A DNA stretch of 64,000 nt from NCBI GenBank assembly GCA_964631415.1, contig CAZVZC010000004.1, positions 13,814-77,813 on the forward strand, written 5' to 3'. The translations under genes were made by a program, and so were the position numbers. Positions 7,899 through 18,074 of this stretch are shown piece after piece (position 1 is the first letter of the stretch; each line of letters starts with the position of its first letter). The notes under the pieces were generated by a model. The model was given only the letters and a program-made list of their open reading frames with translations. It was not told the DNA's origin and did not search any database. This stretch comes from an uncultured archaeon. Its GTDB lineage: Archaea; Asgardarchaeota; Thorarchaeia; Thorarchaeales; Thorarchaeaceae.

Positions 7899-8843
7899 TC
7901 AGGCATGCTTCGGGAAGAACACGCCCAAGTTGCGCGGCAGCATATCGAGGTCTTCGAGTATCGAGAGATGCTGTAGTTTCTTCACTGTTTCAGGCGGCAG
8001 TTTCTCGCGTGTTACGCCTTCGAGAAGCATAGCGGTTTCTTGCTCCGAGAACTCCTCTCGGTCCTCAATCCATTTCAGGAACTCCTTGTCGACTGGACAT
8101 ACTCTCTGGCAGCGAAGGCAGCCCTCAATGCAGTTGTGCCACGAGGGTTTCATCCAAGCAGGAAACGGAATGTCACCCGGCCGCTCATTATGAAAGACGA
8201 TGCAACGCTCTGCACGTAAGAGGAACCGGTCAGACGGTATGGCACCCGTGGGACACGCCTTGCGGCAGACTTCACACGATTCGCAGGCCTTCATCATTGT
8301 GGGTTCTTGCCACTTATCCTCGGAACAGGGCATATCAGAGTAGACAGCAACAAGTTGGAGAAAGCTTCCCATTCCGGGCACATAGCAGACATTGTTCCGA
8401 CCGTACTGAGCCAGACCACTTCGCGCCGCCAAGAGTTTGAGCGGCAGACCTGTCTTTGCCACTCTGTAGCCCTTCTTCTCAAGAATCGTGCCTAACAAGC
8501 CCGCAGTCTGTTGCATGATTTCGTCATAGGCTGTATATGTTGGCGGAAGAATGAGCGATCGCTTCTGTCCGCTCCAAGTGAAAGTGGCTTGAGTCTGCGG
8601 CCGAGGAACTGCGACGATGATCAACGACTGAGTGTTTGGCAGTTGCTCAGGCACCTTGAAGTCGAACCATGCGAGACGTAGCTTGTAGAACTCCCGGTCA
8701 AGCTCCTCTCGCTGATAGCGCGACTCAATCTCATCTCGCAGCGAACGAACGTGTTCGGCCGATACAGTGCGGACACGATAACCGCGCTCCCTCAGGGGTC
8801 GAAACAATAAATCGTCAGTTGGATTCATGCCAAACGACACCAA
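7899..8843 (-). CDS. QueG / reductive-dehalogenase-like 2x[4Fe-4S] protein, probably cobalamin-binding
   Basis: LPLKLLAARSGLAQYGRNNV, CESCEVCRKACPTGAI, RCIVFHNE, CIEGCLRCQRVCP. Confidence 0.8.
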   Translation of the reverse strand: MVSFGMNPTDDLLFRPLRERGYRVRTVSAEHVRSLRDEIESRYQREELDREFYKLRLAWFDFKVPEQLPNTQSLIIVAVPRPQTQATFTWSGQKRSLILPPTYTAYDEIMQQTAGLLGTILEKKGYRVAKTGLPLKLLAARSGLAQYGRNNVCYVPGMGSFLQLVAVYSDMPCSEDKWQEPTMMKACESCEVCRKACPTGAIPSDRFLLRAERCIVFHNERPGDIPFPAWMKPSWHNCIEGCLRCQRVCPVDKEFLKWIEDREEFSEQETAMLLEGVTREKLPPETVKKLQHLSILEDLDMLPRNLGVFFPKHA

Positions 8844-8973
8844 ATGCCATCTTATCGACTTGACAGATGAACTTGCCTGCTTAGGAGCAAGTATGCTGGC
8901 AGCACATGATTGCAGGATAGCCTAGCAACATCAGCTCTTTCGTCACTCGGTATCGTAGTATCAGGTCCATTGA

Positions 8974-9588
8974 CTACCAGCTTCCGAAGTCCTTTTCCTT
9001 GCTGTAGTCTCTCTTCAGGGGCTTGCCTGTCAACATGGTGAGGTATCTTATCTGTGCCGAGAATTCAACTCCGGTTGCGTTCTGGAGAGCGTCTTCTAGT
9101 GTTATTCCCTTGGCGAAGACCCCGTGACTCCTGATAACACATGCAGGGTAGTTCTTCAGGACAGGAGGTACCTTCTCGGCCGCCTCAGAAGAACCTGAGG
9201 GTACATTGAGCTCTACGACTGGTACCTTCTTGTACATGAACATGCCTTCCGCATCAATGCATGTGATCTCGTCTTCAATGAGCGATAGGACCACGCTGTA
9301 GGGAGAATGTGTGTGGACAACAGCCATTGCGTCTGTCTGTTGGTAGATGGCACGATGTACACCAAGCTCTGTGCTGGCGAGTAACGATGATGAGTCCTCT
9401 TTGTTCAAGGAGCATTCAATGAGGTCCTCAGGTTCAAGCCAACCCAGCATGGCCGCACGCTTCTTGATGATGATTTTCCCTCCAGATCGGATTGAGATGT
9501 TGCCAGAATGACTGGATCCCAGATTCCGCATGAGCACCTCCTTTCCGACCCTCTGAAAGATGCGAAAGGTCTCTTCATCGATTGTCAT
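8974..9588 (-). CDS. class II aldolase/adducin family (archaeal FucA-like)
   Basis: SHSGNISIR, ASTELGVHRAIY, VVHTHSPY, VIRSHGVFAKG metal-binding His motifs. Confidence 0.9.
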   Translation of the reverse strand: MTIDEETFRIFQRVGKEVLMRNLGSSHSGNISIRSGGKIIIKKRAAMLGWLEPEDLIECSLNKEDSSSLLASTELGVHRAIYQQTDAMAVVHTHSPYSVVLSLIEDEITCIDAEGMFMYKKVPVVELNVPSGSSEAAEKVPPVLKNYPACVIRSHGVFAKGITLEDALQNATGVEFSAQIRYLTMLTGKPLKRDYSKEKDFGSW

Positions 9589-9600
9589 TCCATTCCACTC

Positions 9601-11421
9601 CTACAGCCTGATGCCAAGCTCCTCCAGCTTTGCTTTGGACGGAGCACCTGTTCTGTCCCAGTCCCTGAGTCTGTAGTAATCTTCGAGCATTGAGTCCAGT
9701 GGCACGGTTCTCCCCTTTGACAGCCCCTCGCTCAGAGGTTCTGTCAGGAACCGCTTGGGCAGGGTGTCGTCTTTCCTTGATAGTCCGGCCTTGGTGTTGA
9801 AGAGTCTCTCAAGGTTGTAGATTCGCTCACCAATCTTCATCAGACGAGTGATGTTGAGGTCTTCACCTGTCACAGCAGTCGCAAACCTTGAGTAGAAGTC
9901 GAATCCTAGAGCATAGCCTGCGAACTTGCAGACAATGAGACTGTCCTCGATTGCGCTCTGATGTTGTTTCAGCACTAGAAGGTCAGCCTTGCTGCCTGTG
10001 CTGGCACGGGGAATCTTCTTGGGTGCGGCGAAGACCTCCATCGCCACCAAGTAGCCTGTCAGGTGGCAGCCGCCTCTGTTCGAGGTGGCATAGCCCAGTG
10101 CATGGCCAATCGCGCCGCGAGGATCATACGCCGGGAGTTCCATTCCTTTGACATGTACCGCCGCATCAGGCATACCGTGTTTTGCTGCTAGCCGGGCAGA
10201 CCCGGACGCCAGCTCTTCTCCGATGCCCCGTCTGTAAGCAATGTCTTCTATCAAAGGAATCAGGATGTCTTTGTTTCCAAACTGAATCCTATCGTCATTT
10301 AGGGCTCCCTTCTCACGGAGCTCCATTGCACAGCTGATAGTTCCTGCAGTTGAAACAGTGTCCAAGCCGAGAAGGTTGCAGTGATAGTTCGCTTCAGCGA
10401 CAGTCACCAGATCGAATATACCGGTTAATGTCCCAAGCAGCAGGGATTCAAACTCAGGACCCTTACCATTCATTGATTGGGTCTTTGTCATCCGACCACA
10501 ACGAATGGGACAGGCATGACACCCCTCATCCTTCTCGAATATCTGTTCACGGATTGCTTCCCCGCTGAGGTTCTCAGCTTCATGCGAATAGCCCATCTGG
10601 AAGTTCCTGATTCCGAGCATTCCCAGTTCGTTGATCACGTTCAGCAGGCCTGCGGTTCCAAACATGGGGAGAGATGAGTTCGTGATGGGCGCGACCTTCA
10701 ACTTGTCTCTCGCAGATTTCACATACGTGATGAGCAGTTCCGGGTTGTCAATATCCGGCTTCGCCTTCCCGACCTTGATGACGATAGCTTTGAGATTCTT
10801 CGCTCCCATGACGGCTCCTGACCCACCTCGGCCAAAAGCGCGGTGGTTGCCATCGTTCATGATAGACGCGTAGAGGACTCCATTCTCCCCGGCTGGCCCA
10901 ACCATCAGAGAGTGGAACCTGCCAAGGCCTAGAGATTCAAGTCTGTTCTGAGTTTCCAGAGTGTCCAGACCCCAGAGGCCCCCACATGGCACAATCTGGG
11001 GGTTTTCACCCTCTGAGACCAGCACGTAGCCAGGTTCGTCGAGACGCCCGCTCACTATCAGACAGTCATAGCCTGTGCTCTTCAAAGCAGGTCCGACAGA
11101 GCCACCTGTGTTGGAGTAGAGGATCAAGCCCGTCAGTGGGGACTTTGTGACAAGTGAGAAGCGACCACTCGTTGGAACGATTGACCCAGTCAGAGGACCT
11201 GTTGCGAAAACAAGACAGTTGTTTGGAGACAGTGGGTCTGTTCGGGGATTGACCAGAAACGTGAAGAGCTTGACGCCCAGCCCACGACCACCTAAGTAGT
11301 CTGTGAGTGTTTCGGCATCTATTGCGGATTCCTCTGATGATTGGGCCGACAGGTCAACTGACAGCAGCTTGTTGTGCATTCCTTTCATGGTTTCCAGGTT
11401 CCCCGCAACTGGCGCACTCAT
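9601..11421 (-). CDS. aor: tungsten-dependent aldehyde:ferredoxin oxidoreductase; start may be ATG 11388
   Basis: YLGGRGLG, KSPLTG, FGRGGSGAVMGAKNLKAI, CHACPIRC, GLDTVS, KGMELPAYDPR, SNRGGCH, DSLIVCKF. Confidence 0.95.
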   Translation of the reverse strand: MSAPVAGNLETMKGMHNKLLSVDLSAQSSEESAIDAETLTDYLGGRGLGVKLFTFLVNPRTDPLSPNNCLVFATGPLTGSIVPTSGRFSLVTKSPLTGLILYSNTGGSVGPALKSTGYDCLIVSGRLDEPGYVLVSEGENPQIVPCGGLWGLDTLETQNRLESLGLGRFHSLMVGPAGENGVLYASIMNDGNHRAFGRGGSGAVMGAKNLKAIVIKVGKAKPDIDNPELLITYVKSARDKLKVAPITNSSLPMFGTAGLLNVINELGMLGIRNFQMGYSHEAENLSGEAIREQIFEKDEGCHACPIRCGRMTKTQSMNGKGPEFESLLLGTLTGIFDLVTVAEANYHCNLLGLDTVSTAGTISCAMELREKGALNDDRIQFGNKDILIPLIEDIAYRRGIGEELASGSARLAAKHGMPDAAVHVKGMELPAYDPRGAIGHALGYATSNRGGCHLTGYLVAMEVFAAPKKIPRASTGSKADLLVLKQHQSAIEDSLIVCKFAGYALGFDFYSRFATAVTGEDLNITRLMKIGERIYNLERLFNTKAGLSRKDDTLPKRFLTEPLSEGLSKGRTVPLDSMLEDYYRLRDWDRTGAPSKAKLEELGIRL

Positions 11422-11698
11422 CTCGGACCAGTACTAGTCCCAAAGTGGATGCAATCGCTATCACTTGACTGCTCTATTTTAGTGCTTTCTTTCGCAGGCA
11501 GGAATCATTTGGTTCACTTCCTGCGACATCAGTACCTTCATTGCATGGTCTTCGGTTTCTGTGAACACTCCACGTTGGTCGAGTCTGCCTTAAGAAACAG
11601 TGGAATGTACCTCTTGTCCTCCACTCCCAGCACTGGAGCCTACGACCTAATCAGACTGGTTCTACTGTAGCAGAGCTGACAGACTGAATCAAACCAGG

Positions 11699-12592
11699 CT
11701 ACTCTCGAGGCTTTCCTCGTAGAGCCTGTTTTTCCTTCTCAGACACCATCTCGCCTGTGACGTCAGTTCTGCCCGCTGCCCTCAGTCTTACAAGTGCATG
11801 AGGATAGGGATCGAGGTACTCCTCTTCGACGTTCCTCCGAATCGATTGATCTATGTCATTGAGTCGTCGATAGATTGTATCTTTCTCATTCTTCGATGTG
11901 AATCGAGGGTCAACAATCACGGCCACATGAAAGGAAACCCCCGCATCCCATAGTCGCTGCGCGGCAATAAAAGGCAGGTCAACGAACTCACGGTTGCAAC
12001 CAGTCTTCTCCTCGAAGGGCTCAGGGAGGCCGCCTCTGATTGACAGACGAACATGCCCCACCGTGCCATCTGATGGCTTTCTCGATGCATACTGTGCCAG
12101 ACGTGGAGCGAAGTCTGGTTCCATCGCAAGCACTACTCCATTCGTTTCAATCACAAACAGGTCGAAGGCACTTGATTCCTGATGAACTAGGTTCAGTATA
12201 GCACAGAGGTGGTCGGGGCACAGTGTCGGTTCAGCTCCACTCACTCTCGCCCTTCTGAAACCTCTTTCACGCATCACGTTTCGCAAGCGCGCATAGACCT
12301 CATTCGGCGAGTAGAAAACGCCGTGACTCTCAGGCCAGTCCCGGGACCAGTCAACCCAACAGAACACGCAGCGAAAGTTGCACCCGACCGAGTATGCGGT
12401 GGCTATACCTCCGTATACGCCCACAGCATAGAAGCTGGTGTACTTCCTGAGAGGCACCCCATCGACTACTTTGCATACGATTCTTCTGGTATCAAGAGTC
12501 AGCTGCTTTGGGTCCATTGGAAACGGAAACTCGAACTCTCCATCTGGGCCACGCGTCGCGAAGCGCACAGGACCTTGTTCAGACTTCGGCAT
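11699..12592 (-). CDS. radical SAM protein (COG5014-like archaeal Fe-S oxidoreductase); start likely ATG 12592
   Basis: GGIATAYSVGCNFRCVFCW (CxxxCxxC), RVSGAEPTL, VIETNG. Confidence 0.85.
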   Translation of the reverse strand: MPKSEQGPVRFATRGPDGEFEFPFPMDPKQLTLDTRRIVCKVVDGVPLRKYTSFYAVGVYGGIATAYSVGCNFRCVFCWVDWSRDWPESHGVFYSPNEVYARLRNVMRERGFRRARVSGAEPTLCPDHLCAILNLVHQESSAFDLFVIETNGVVLAMEPDFAPRLAQYASRKPSDGTVGHVRLSIRGGLPEPFEEKTGCNREFVDLPFIAAQRLWDAGVSFHVAVIVDPRFTSKNEKDTIYRRLNDIDQSIRRNVEEEYLDPYPHALVRLRAAGRTDVTGEMVSEKEKQALRGKPRE

Positions 12593-12781
12593 GGAAACCC
12601 CTCTGAAACTCCCTCCGCTTGAAACTTGTGGAGCGATTGAAGATGCATTTCGCTTCCTTACAACACCTGCTGCCAGCCGAGTCCAGTCCTTCACATCGTC
12701 ACGTACGTACGCAGGAAAAAAAGTAGGTGAGAAGGGATGCCGCTAAGCACTCCTCCTCACGATTCGGGTAATGACTTGCTA

Positions 12782-13870
12782 CTAAGAGGACTGCTTCGGG
12801 GCAGAATCATCTGATTGCCTGCCGAACAGCCTTCTTGACCACTTCTTCCAACCTGAGTGGAGTCCGGACCCCCAAGTCCCTTGCCACCACCAGCCCTTTC
12901 CAGCCTTCATGTACATAGAGACCTTCATCCCGGATATCACAAGCTGCCACGAGTTGGTGACGGCAACGATGAAGACTATGAACGTCCAGACACCATTGAA
13001 CAGGAGTGGCAGGAAGGAAATCTCACCGTACAGGCTTGTCATGTCAAAGAGCGACCACACACCATTGGTGTTATTCCAAACATTGACAATAGGCCAGCCA
13101 GTGGTGACCAGCACCATGCACACGACGATCCATACGGCTGAGAGAATGGCTTGGAGCAGTAGATTCGCATTGTTCTCTCCTGCCTTGAAAAACAGATAGC
13201 CCTTCGCCGCGCTCACTGCCATCAGAAACGCCATGACACCTAGGACCGGTAGAAATGCGGGGATGAAGCAGAGCTGTATCTGTGGCAGCAAAAGGATTAC
13301 TGCGAAGAATAGTCCGAACACAATGTCGGCGACTGCATCAAGCCTGGACTTAGGCGTGAAGACACCGCTTCCAGCGCCTAGGACTCCCTCAAGGACTGTC
13401 TTCTCAGTTGGCGCCTTGTACCTGTCAAGGAATGACAACACTCCAATGACGACGATGGCCAGTCCTACCCAAAACATGACCATGACAGGGATGTTGAATG
13501 GCCAGTTCTCGATAGTCGGGAAGCCCCACATTGATAGGGAGATTCCCACGAAGTAAGCGCCGATGCCGAATGCAATCGCAAGAGCCACAAGTGCCATCAC
13601 CATCCGACCGGCGGGCAGCATGTACTCAGCGGGTATGGGGCCGACCTTCTTGCCAGTCCCAGCATAGGCATTGGCGGCTTCCTTCGGATCGCCGAATCGT
13701 TCAATGGCCAGCATCACTGAGCCGCGGGTGAGCTTCCCTTGGCCTAGGGACTGGGCCTCCTCAATCAAGTGCGTTCTAATCTCGGTCAGTGTGTCCTGAC
13801 TATCAATGGGAAGGTATATCCTGACCCGTTCGAGATACTTCTCAATCATTTCCAATGGTTCTTCACTCAT
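12782..13870 (-). CDS. HAAS-domain (HTH-associated alpha-helical signalling) membrane protein
   Basis: IEKYLERVRIYLP...EIRTHLIEEA...AIERFGDPKEAANAY followed by 6-7 TM helices; overlaps padR by 4 nt. Confidence 0.85.
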   Translation of the reverse strand: MSEEPLEMIEKYLERVRIYLPIDSQDTLTEIRTHLIEEAQSLGQGKLTRGSVMLAIERFGDPKEAANAYAGTGKKVGPIPAEYMLPAGRMVMALVALAIAFGIGAYFVGISLSMWGFPTIENWPFNIPVMVMFWVGLAIVVIGVLSFLDRYKAPTEKTVLEGVLGAGSGVFTPKSRLDAVADIVFGLFFAVILLLPQIQLCFIPAFLPVLGVMAFLMAVSAAKGYLFFKAGENNANLLLQAILSAVWIVVCMVLVTTGWPIVNVWNNTNGVWSLFDMTSLYGEISFLPLLFNGVWTFIVFIVAVTNSWQLVISGMKVSMYMKAGKGWWWQGTWGSGLHSGWKKWSRRLFGRQSDDSAPKQSS

Positions 13871-14241
13871 TGTGCGTCAACTCTCCCGAGTAGTTCTTTC
13901 ATTTCATTCGTTAGCACAGACCATGTTTCGGTCATCATCTTGAGGGCTCTCTTGCCCTCGTCCTCAAGGCGGTAGTACTTCTTCGGTTTGGTTGGGTCCG
14001 CATAGTCCCACTCGCTGCTCAGCAGTTTTCGCTCCTTCTCGAGACGACGAAGCAGTGGATACACTGTTCCCTGTTCAAGCTGAAGGAATGTCACCTTGTC
14101 GCTCAGACGTTTGACAATCTCGTACCCGTAGGCAGGACCTTCCTCCAGCACTGCTAGGATTGCGAGGGCCGCAGCACCTTTCTTCACCTCAGTGGACCAC
14201 CGCTCGAATTCCTCTCTTGCAGGACCAGATCCACCGCTCAC
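13867..14241 (-). CDS. PadR-family transcriptional regulator
   Basis: ILAVLEEGPAYGYEIVKRL...EQGTVYPLLRRLE...KYYRLEDEGKRAL. Confidence 0.95.
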   Translation of the reverse strand: MSGGSGPAREEFERWSTEVKKGAAALAILAVLEEGPAYGYEIVKRLSDKVTFLQLEQGTVYPLLRRLEKERKLLSSEWDYADPTKPKKYYRLEDEGKRALKMMTETWSVLTNEMKELLGRVDAQ

Positions 14242-14296
14242 GGCTCAGTACTCGCCTCCCTGTGGGCTGTTTTGCTCATTATTGTGTTACACCTTT

Positions 14297-14337
14297 TACT
14301 ATGCGTTACATAGTAGTGTACTACATGCATATATAAA
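14297..14337 (-). promoter_or_regulatory. padR promoter: TATA box TTTATATA (14337-14330) followed by inverted repeats GTAGT-GT-ACTAC (14313-14324) and TACTATG-N5-CATAGTA (14297-14315)
   Basis: Read directly from sequence, 56-96 nt upstream of the padR start. Confidence 0.65.
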
Positions 14338-14853
14338 GCTTGCTTAGTACGCAGCCAGATTCACGCACTGTTTCTGAGCAGCTGAAGCGCAGCCGACCAT
14401 TGTAGTCCCCATCACATCCAAATGTATCAGGACCCGCTTCATGTCAATGAAGGCAGGTGATCTCCGGCACATCATCGCAGCACCTGGTTTCGGAGTACTT
14501 CGTTTCTGCTGTTGTTTGCAACGAAACCCTGCATGGAGTAGACTGGTTGATGTACACAAGTGTACGTTAATGTACAGTTATGAGCAATATTTATAAGATG
14601 ACCACCACGACCGCCTGACCCTAAGCCTGAGGTGAAGAGTCGCGATGAGCGTGCGTTCCTACCAATGGGGCAGGGGTCTGAAGCGACCCTTAAAGCTAGT
14701 TTTGTAGATACCGCTCTCGCGCCATATTCTTTCACGGCGTCGTTCTCTCACGAAACAGTCGTGCGAAGACTCGATTCAGGTCATGTCATAGCACGTAGTG
14801 CAGACGTGAAACCCCACGCCGTCCTCGGGAAACATGAATGTGAGGAATCATAG

Positions 14854-16173
14854 ATGACAAGACAACAGATCAGAATCACACTAGGTCCTGATGATACACC
14901 AAAGAGCTACGTGAACATAGTTCCCTACTTGCGGAGCCCACTTCCTCCCCCAATCGACGCGACGACGGGCGAACCGGTGAATCCCGAAGCGCTGACGAGA
15001 ATATTCGCGAAAGAGTGCGTGCGACAAGAGGTTTCCCAACAAAGGACTATACCTATCGCTGACGAGGTTAGGGAGGCAATGATCCGTTTCGGAAGGCCAA
15101 CCCCACTTCAGAGAGCGTACGGACTTGAAGAGATGCTAAAGACCCCGGCCAGAATCTACTACAAGAGAGAGGATGTTTCGCCGACTGGCAGTCACAAGAC
15201 GAACACAGCGCTGGCGCAGTGTTACTATGCTATGAAAGAAGGTGTGGAACGATACACGACCGAAACAGGTGCTGGTCAGTGGGGCTGCGCTCTCGCCCTC
15301 GCATGTTCACACTTCGGTCTCGAAGCAATGATATACATGGTAAGGGTCAGTTACGAACAGAAGGCATATCGTGGAACTCTCATGAGACTCTACGGAGCGA
15401 AAGTTGTTCCTAGCCCTTCGCAAAACACCGAGTTTGGGAGAAGACTCAATCGAGAACAGCCAGGACACCCCGGATCTTTGGGAATCGCAATCAGTGAAGC
15501 GCTTGAAGATGCGCTTGGCAGCCAGAACACGAAATACAGTCTTGGATCTGTCCTGAACCATGTCTTACTTCATCAGACAGTCATAGGTCAGGAAGCGAAG
15601 CAGCAACTCAATCTAATCGACACGAAGCCAGACTACGTGGTTGGCTGCGTTGGTGGGGGCAGCAACTTCGCGGGCCTGTCATATCCCTTCATCGCCGACC
15701 CCAGATTCAAGGACACCGAGTTCATTGCTGCCGAATCAGACGCCTGCCCCAAGCTCACTCATGGCGAGTACCGCTACGACTTTGGGGACACAGCAGGGCT
15801 CACACCAAAACTGAAGATGTACACTCTCGGCGCGAACTTCATTCCGCCGAAGATACATGCCGGCGGGCTACGATATCACGGCTCGGCTCCAACACTAAGC
15901 GCACTGATACAGGAGGGCAGGGTCAGACCATTGGCCTATAACCAAATCGACGCCTTGAGTGCGGGGGCCCTCTTCGCAAGGACAGAAGGCATCGTCCCGG
16001 CCCCTGAGTCGTCTCACGCAATAAAGGCAGTCATCGACCTCGCTCTCGAGGCAAAGCAAAGAAACGAAGAGAGAACGATTCTCTTCAATCTGTCAGGCCA
16101 CGGGCATTTCGATATGACAGCCTATGGCTCCTTGATGGATGGCACGCTAAGCGGAGAGAGCATGGCAACATAG
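14854..16173 (+). CDS. trpB2: TrpB2-type tryptophan synthase beta chain / PLP enzyme, stand-alone
   Basis: [27 protein letters not shown] (PLP Lys), [44 protein letters not shown]. Confidence 0.95.
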   Translation: MTRQQIRITLGPDDTPKSYVNIVPYLRSPLPPPIDATTGEPVNPEALTRIFAKECVRQEVSQQRTIPIADEVREAMIRFGRPTPLQRAYGLEEMLKTPARIYYKREDVSPTGSHKTNTALAQCYYAMKEGVERYTTETGAGQWGCALALACSHFGLEAMIYMVRVSYEQKAYRGTLMRLYGAKVVPSPSQNTEFGRRLNREQPGHPGSLGIAISEALEDALGSQNTKYSLGSVLNHVLLHQTVIGQEAKQQLNLIDTKPDYVVGCVGGGSNFAGLSYPFIADPRFKDTEFIAAESDACPKLTHGEYRYDFGDTAGLTPKLKMYTLGANFIPPKIHAGGLRYHGSAPTLSALIQEGRVRPLAYNQIDALSAGALFARTEGIVPAPESSHAIKAVIDLALEAKQRNEERTILFNLSGHGHFDMTAYGSLMDGTLSGESMAT

Positions 16174-16277
16174 GATTCGATCATGGCACATGCTGCTGTC
16201 AAATGGCAGACGATGCGTGGAACACTGCAACTACCTGCAGCTGGACTTCCGCCACAGACCAGTAGGAAACGGGTCAT

Positions 16278-17021
16278 CTAAAACTCGTGCTTACGGAATC
16301 TCCAGACTGCGAGTTCGCCCAGCACGACCAAGACGACGATGGTTATGATCAGCGGATAGACTGAGAAGTCTGTGCCGTTTGCTATGCCCATCGCCACTGT
16401 GAGCAGACCCCATGGGCCATATGGTCCGATAGTGGGGTTCATTCCAAGGTTGACCCCAAAGAAGATGAAGAATATCGGCAACCACACAACTGATCCGGCC
16501 TTCTCGTAGAATGTTCCCATACATATAGTCAGGAAGAGCAAGAACACCTGCCAAAGAATGACAGGGACAAGACTTGCACAGAACGCCAATATGCTCGGAG
16601 CAGTACCAAACAGAACAGCTAGAAGGAACACTACTGAACCTGGTATCAGGACCATCGAGATGGCAATGTTCAGAGAGTTCGGCAAGAGCTTGGCCAAGAC
16701 AAATGCTGTTCTGGACACGGGCTTTGACAGGACCCACGCAGCAGAACCCGAATCCTTCTCTTCAAGTATCGTTCCTGTTGCGACGACTAGCACTGCAATG
16801 GACGGGAATATGAATGCCATGATGTAGAAAATCATCAAGCCTCCTTCCGCGTTTTGGAGACCTATAGACGAGAACAGGCCGAGCGCTCCAGTCCACATGA
16901 GTGCCTGCTGCCACCATGCTGATGTCCCGAACCAAGCCTTGAGCTCCTTACGCACTAGGTTCGAGAGTCCCATTCTCCAGCCAGTTTCAATGACAGGCTC
17001 GAATGCTTCACTGTGCGACAT
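16278..17021 (-). CDS. ABC-2 type transporter permease
   Basis: 6 TM; EEKDSGSAAWVLSKPVSRTAFVLAK motif; overlaps the ATPase gene. Confidence 0.9.
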   Translation of the reverse strand: MSHSEAFEPVIETGWRMGLSNLVRKELKAWFGTSAWWQQALMWTGALGLFSSIGLQNAEGGLMIFYIMAFIFPSIAVLVVATGTILEEKDSGSAAWVLSKPVSRTAFVLAKLLPNSLNIAISMVLIPGSVVFLLAVLFGTAPSILAFCASLVPVILWQVFLLFLTICMGTFYEKAGSVVWLPIFFIFFGVNLGMNPTIGPYGPWGLLTVAMGIANGTDFSVYPLIITIVVLVVLGELAVWRFRKHEF

Positions 17022-17955
17022 TGTTGCTGTCCTCCACCATCTTCATGAAAATCTCTTCAAGCTCATACTGCTTCAAGCCGAAATCCACGACGTCTACGGT
17101 GTCATCTGCCATTACTGTCCTCAGGAGCTTCTTCCTAGCCATCGAATCATCGCTCACACTGACGACCCATTGCGTTTTGTCCTTGGCCTTCTTCTCGGTA
17201 ATGCCTGTCACCCAAGGTTCCTTGGAGAGCCGTGCGTATGCCTTCTGGGGGTTTCCTTCCAGTGTGAGTGTATAGGCCACACCTTCGCTACCGGCAAGAA
17301 GCTGACCAATCGGTGCCTGCGCTATCATCCGGCCTTTGTTCAAGATTGCCACAGTGTCGCTGACTCGCTGCACATCATCCAGGATATGAGTGCTGTAGAA
17401 TATGGTCGATTCAGAACGTAACCCCTCCATGATCTTGAGAACGTCCTCTCTTCCTTCAGGATCAAGGCCCGCGGCAGGCTCGTCAAGGATCAGAAGCTCT
17501 GGATAGTTAATCTGGGCCTGAGCGATTCCCAGCCGCTGCATCTCTCCACCAGAGAAACCCTCAATCAGCCGGTCCGACTTGTCCTCGAGCTCCACAACCG
17601 AAAGAAGCTGCTCTATTCTCTCCTCGATTTTGTCACGTGGTCCTTTGAAGTAGAAACGCGCAGCAAAGCGCATGGTTTCTCTTGCCGTCATCTCTTTGTA
17701 GAACTTAGGATGCTGAGCAAGGTACCCCACTCCTCTTCTGACCTCGTTACTGTTCTGAACAATGTCATAGCCGAGCACGGTTCCACCGCCAGTTGTCGGC
17801 TTCGTGAGACCCACCAGTAGTTTGATTGTGGTGGTCTTTCCAGCCCCATTGGGTCCAAGGAAAGCAAAGATCGAATTCCTTGGAACTCTCAGATTGAGCG
17901 AACTCAATGCAGCAACGTCCCCGTATGTCTTGCCGAGCTCCTGAGTGCTTATCAC
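17008..17955 (-). CDS. ABC transporter ATP-binding subunit
   Basis: Walker A GPNGAGKTT, signature FSGGEMQR, Walker B LILDEP, STH loop. Confidence 0.95.
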   Translation of the reverse strand: MISTQELGKTYGDVAALSSLNLRVPRNSIFAFLGPNGAGKTTTIKLLVGLTKPTTGGGTVLGYDIVQNSNEVRRGVGYLAQHPKFYKEMTARETMRFAARFYFKGPRDKIEERIEQLLSVVELEDKSDRLIEGFSGGEMQRLGIAQAQINYPELLILDEPAAGLDPEGREDVLKIMEGLRSESTIFYSTHILDDVQRVSDTVAILNKGRMIAQAPIGQLLAGSEGVAYTLTLEGNPQKAYARLSKEPWVTGITEKKAKDKTQWVVSVSDDSMARKKLLRTVMADDTVDVVDFGLKQYELEEIFMKMVEDSNNVAQ

Positions 17956-18074
17956 GAATGACTGTTGGCTCGTGTCAGAATCGCCTCTTTCTCTTTGAAT
18001 GAGCGTCGTGGCTTGCCGGGGTCGTGTTATATAAACCCGGGGGGTGAGTCATCCCTACAAGATCTGATGAACGG

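Noticed and set aside
14598-14618. Thr-rich mini-ORF ATG ACC ACC ACG ACC GCC TGA (MTTTTA) resembling an attenuator leader upstream of trpB2
   Set aside because: It begins immediately after the TATA-like element, so it would lie upstream of the expected TSS; Thr codons do not fit a Trp/Ser enzyme; no terminator/antiterminator pair was seen
14854-16173. trpB2 without trpA
   Set aside because: Stand-alone TrpB2 is well established in archaea
18016-18040. Imperfect CCGGG(G)T/ACCCGG stem enclosing the TATA box of the divergent ABC/Gfo promoter
   Set aside because: Short, GC-only and bulged; expected by chance at this GC content
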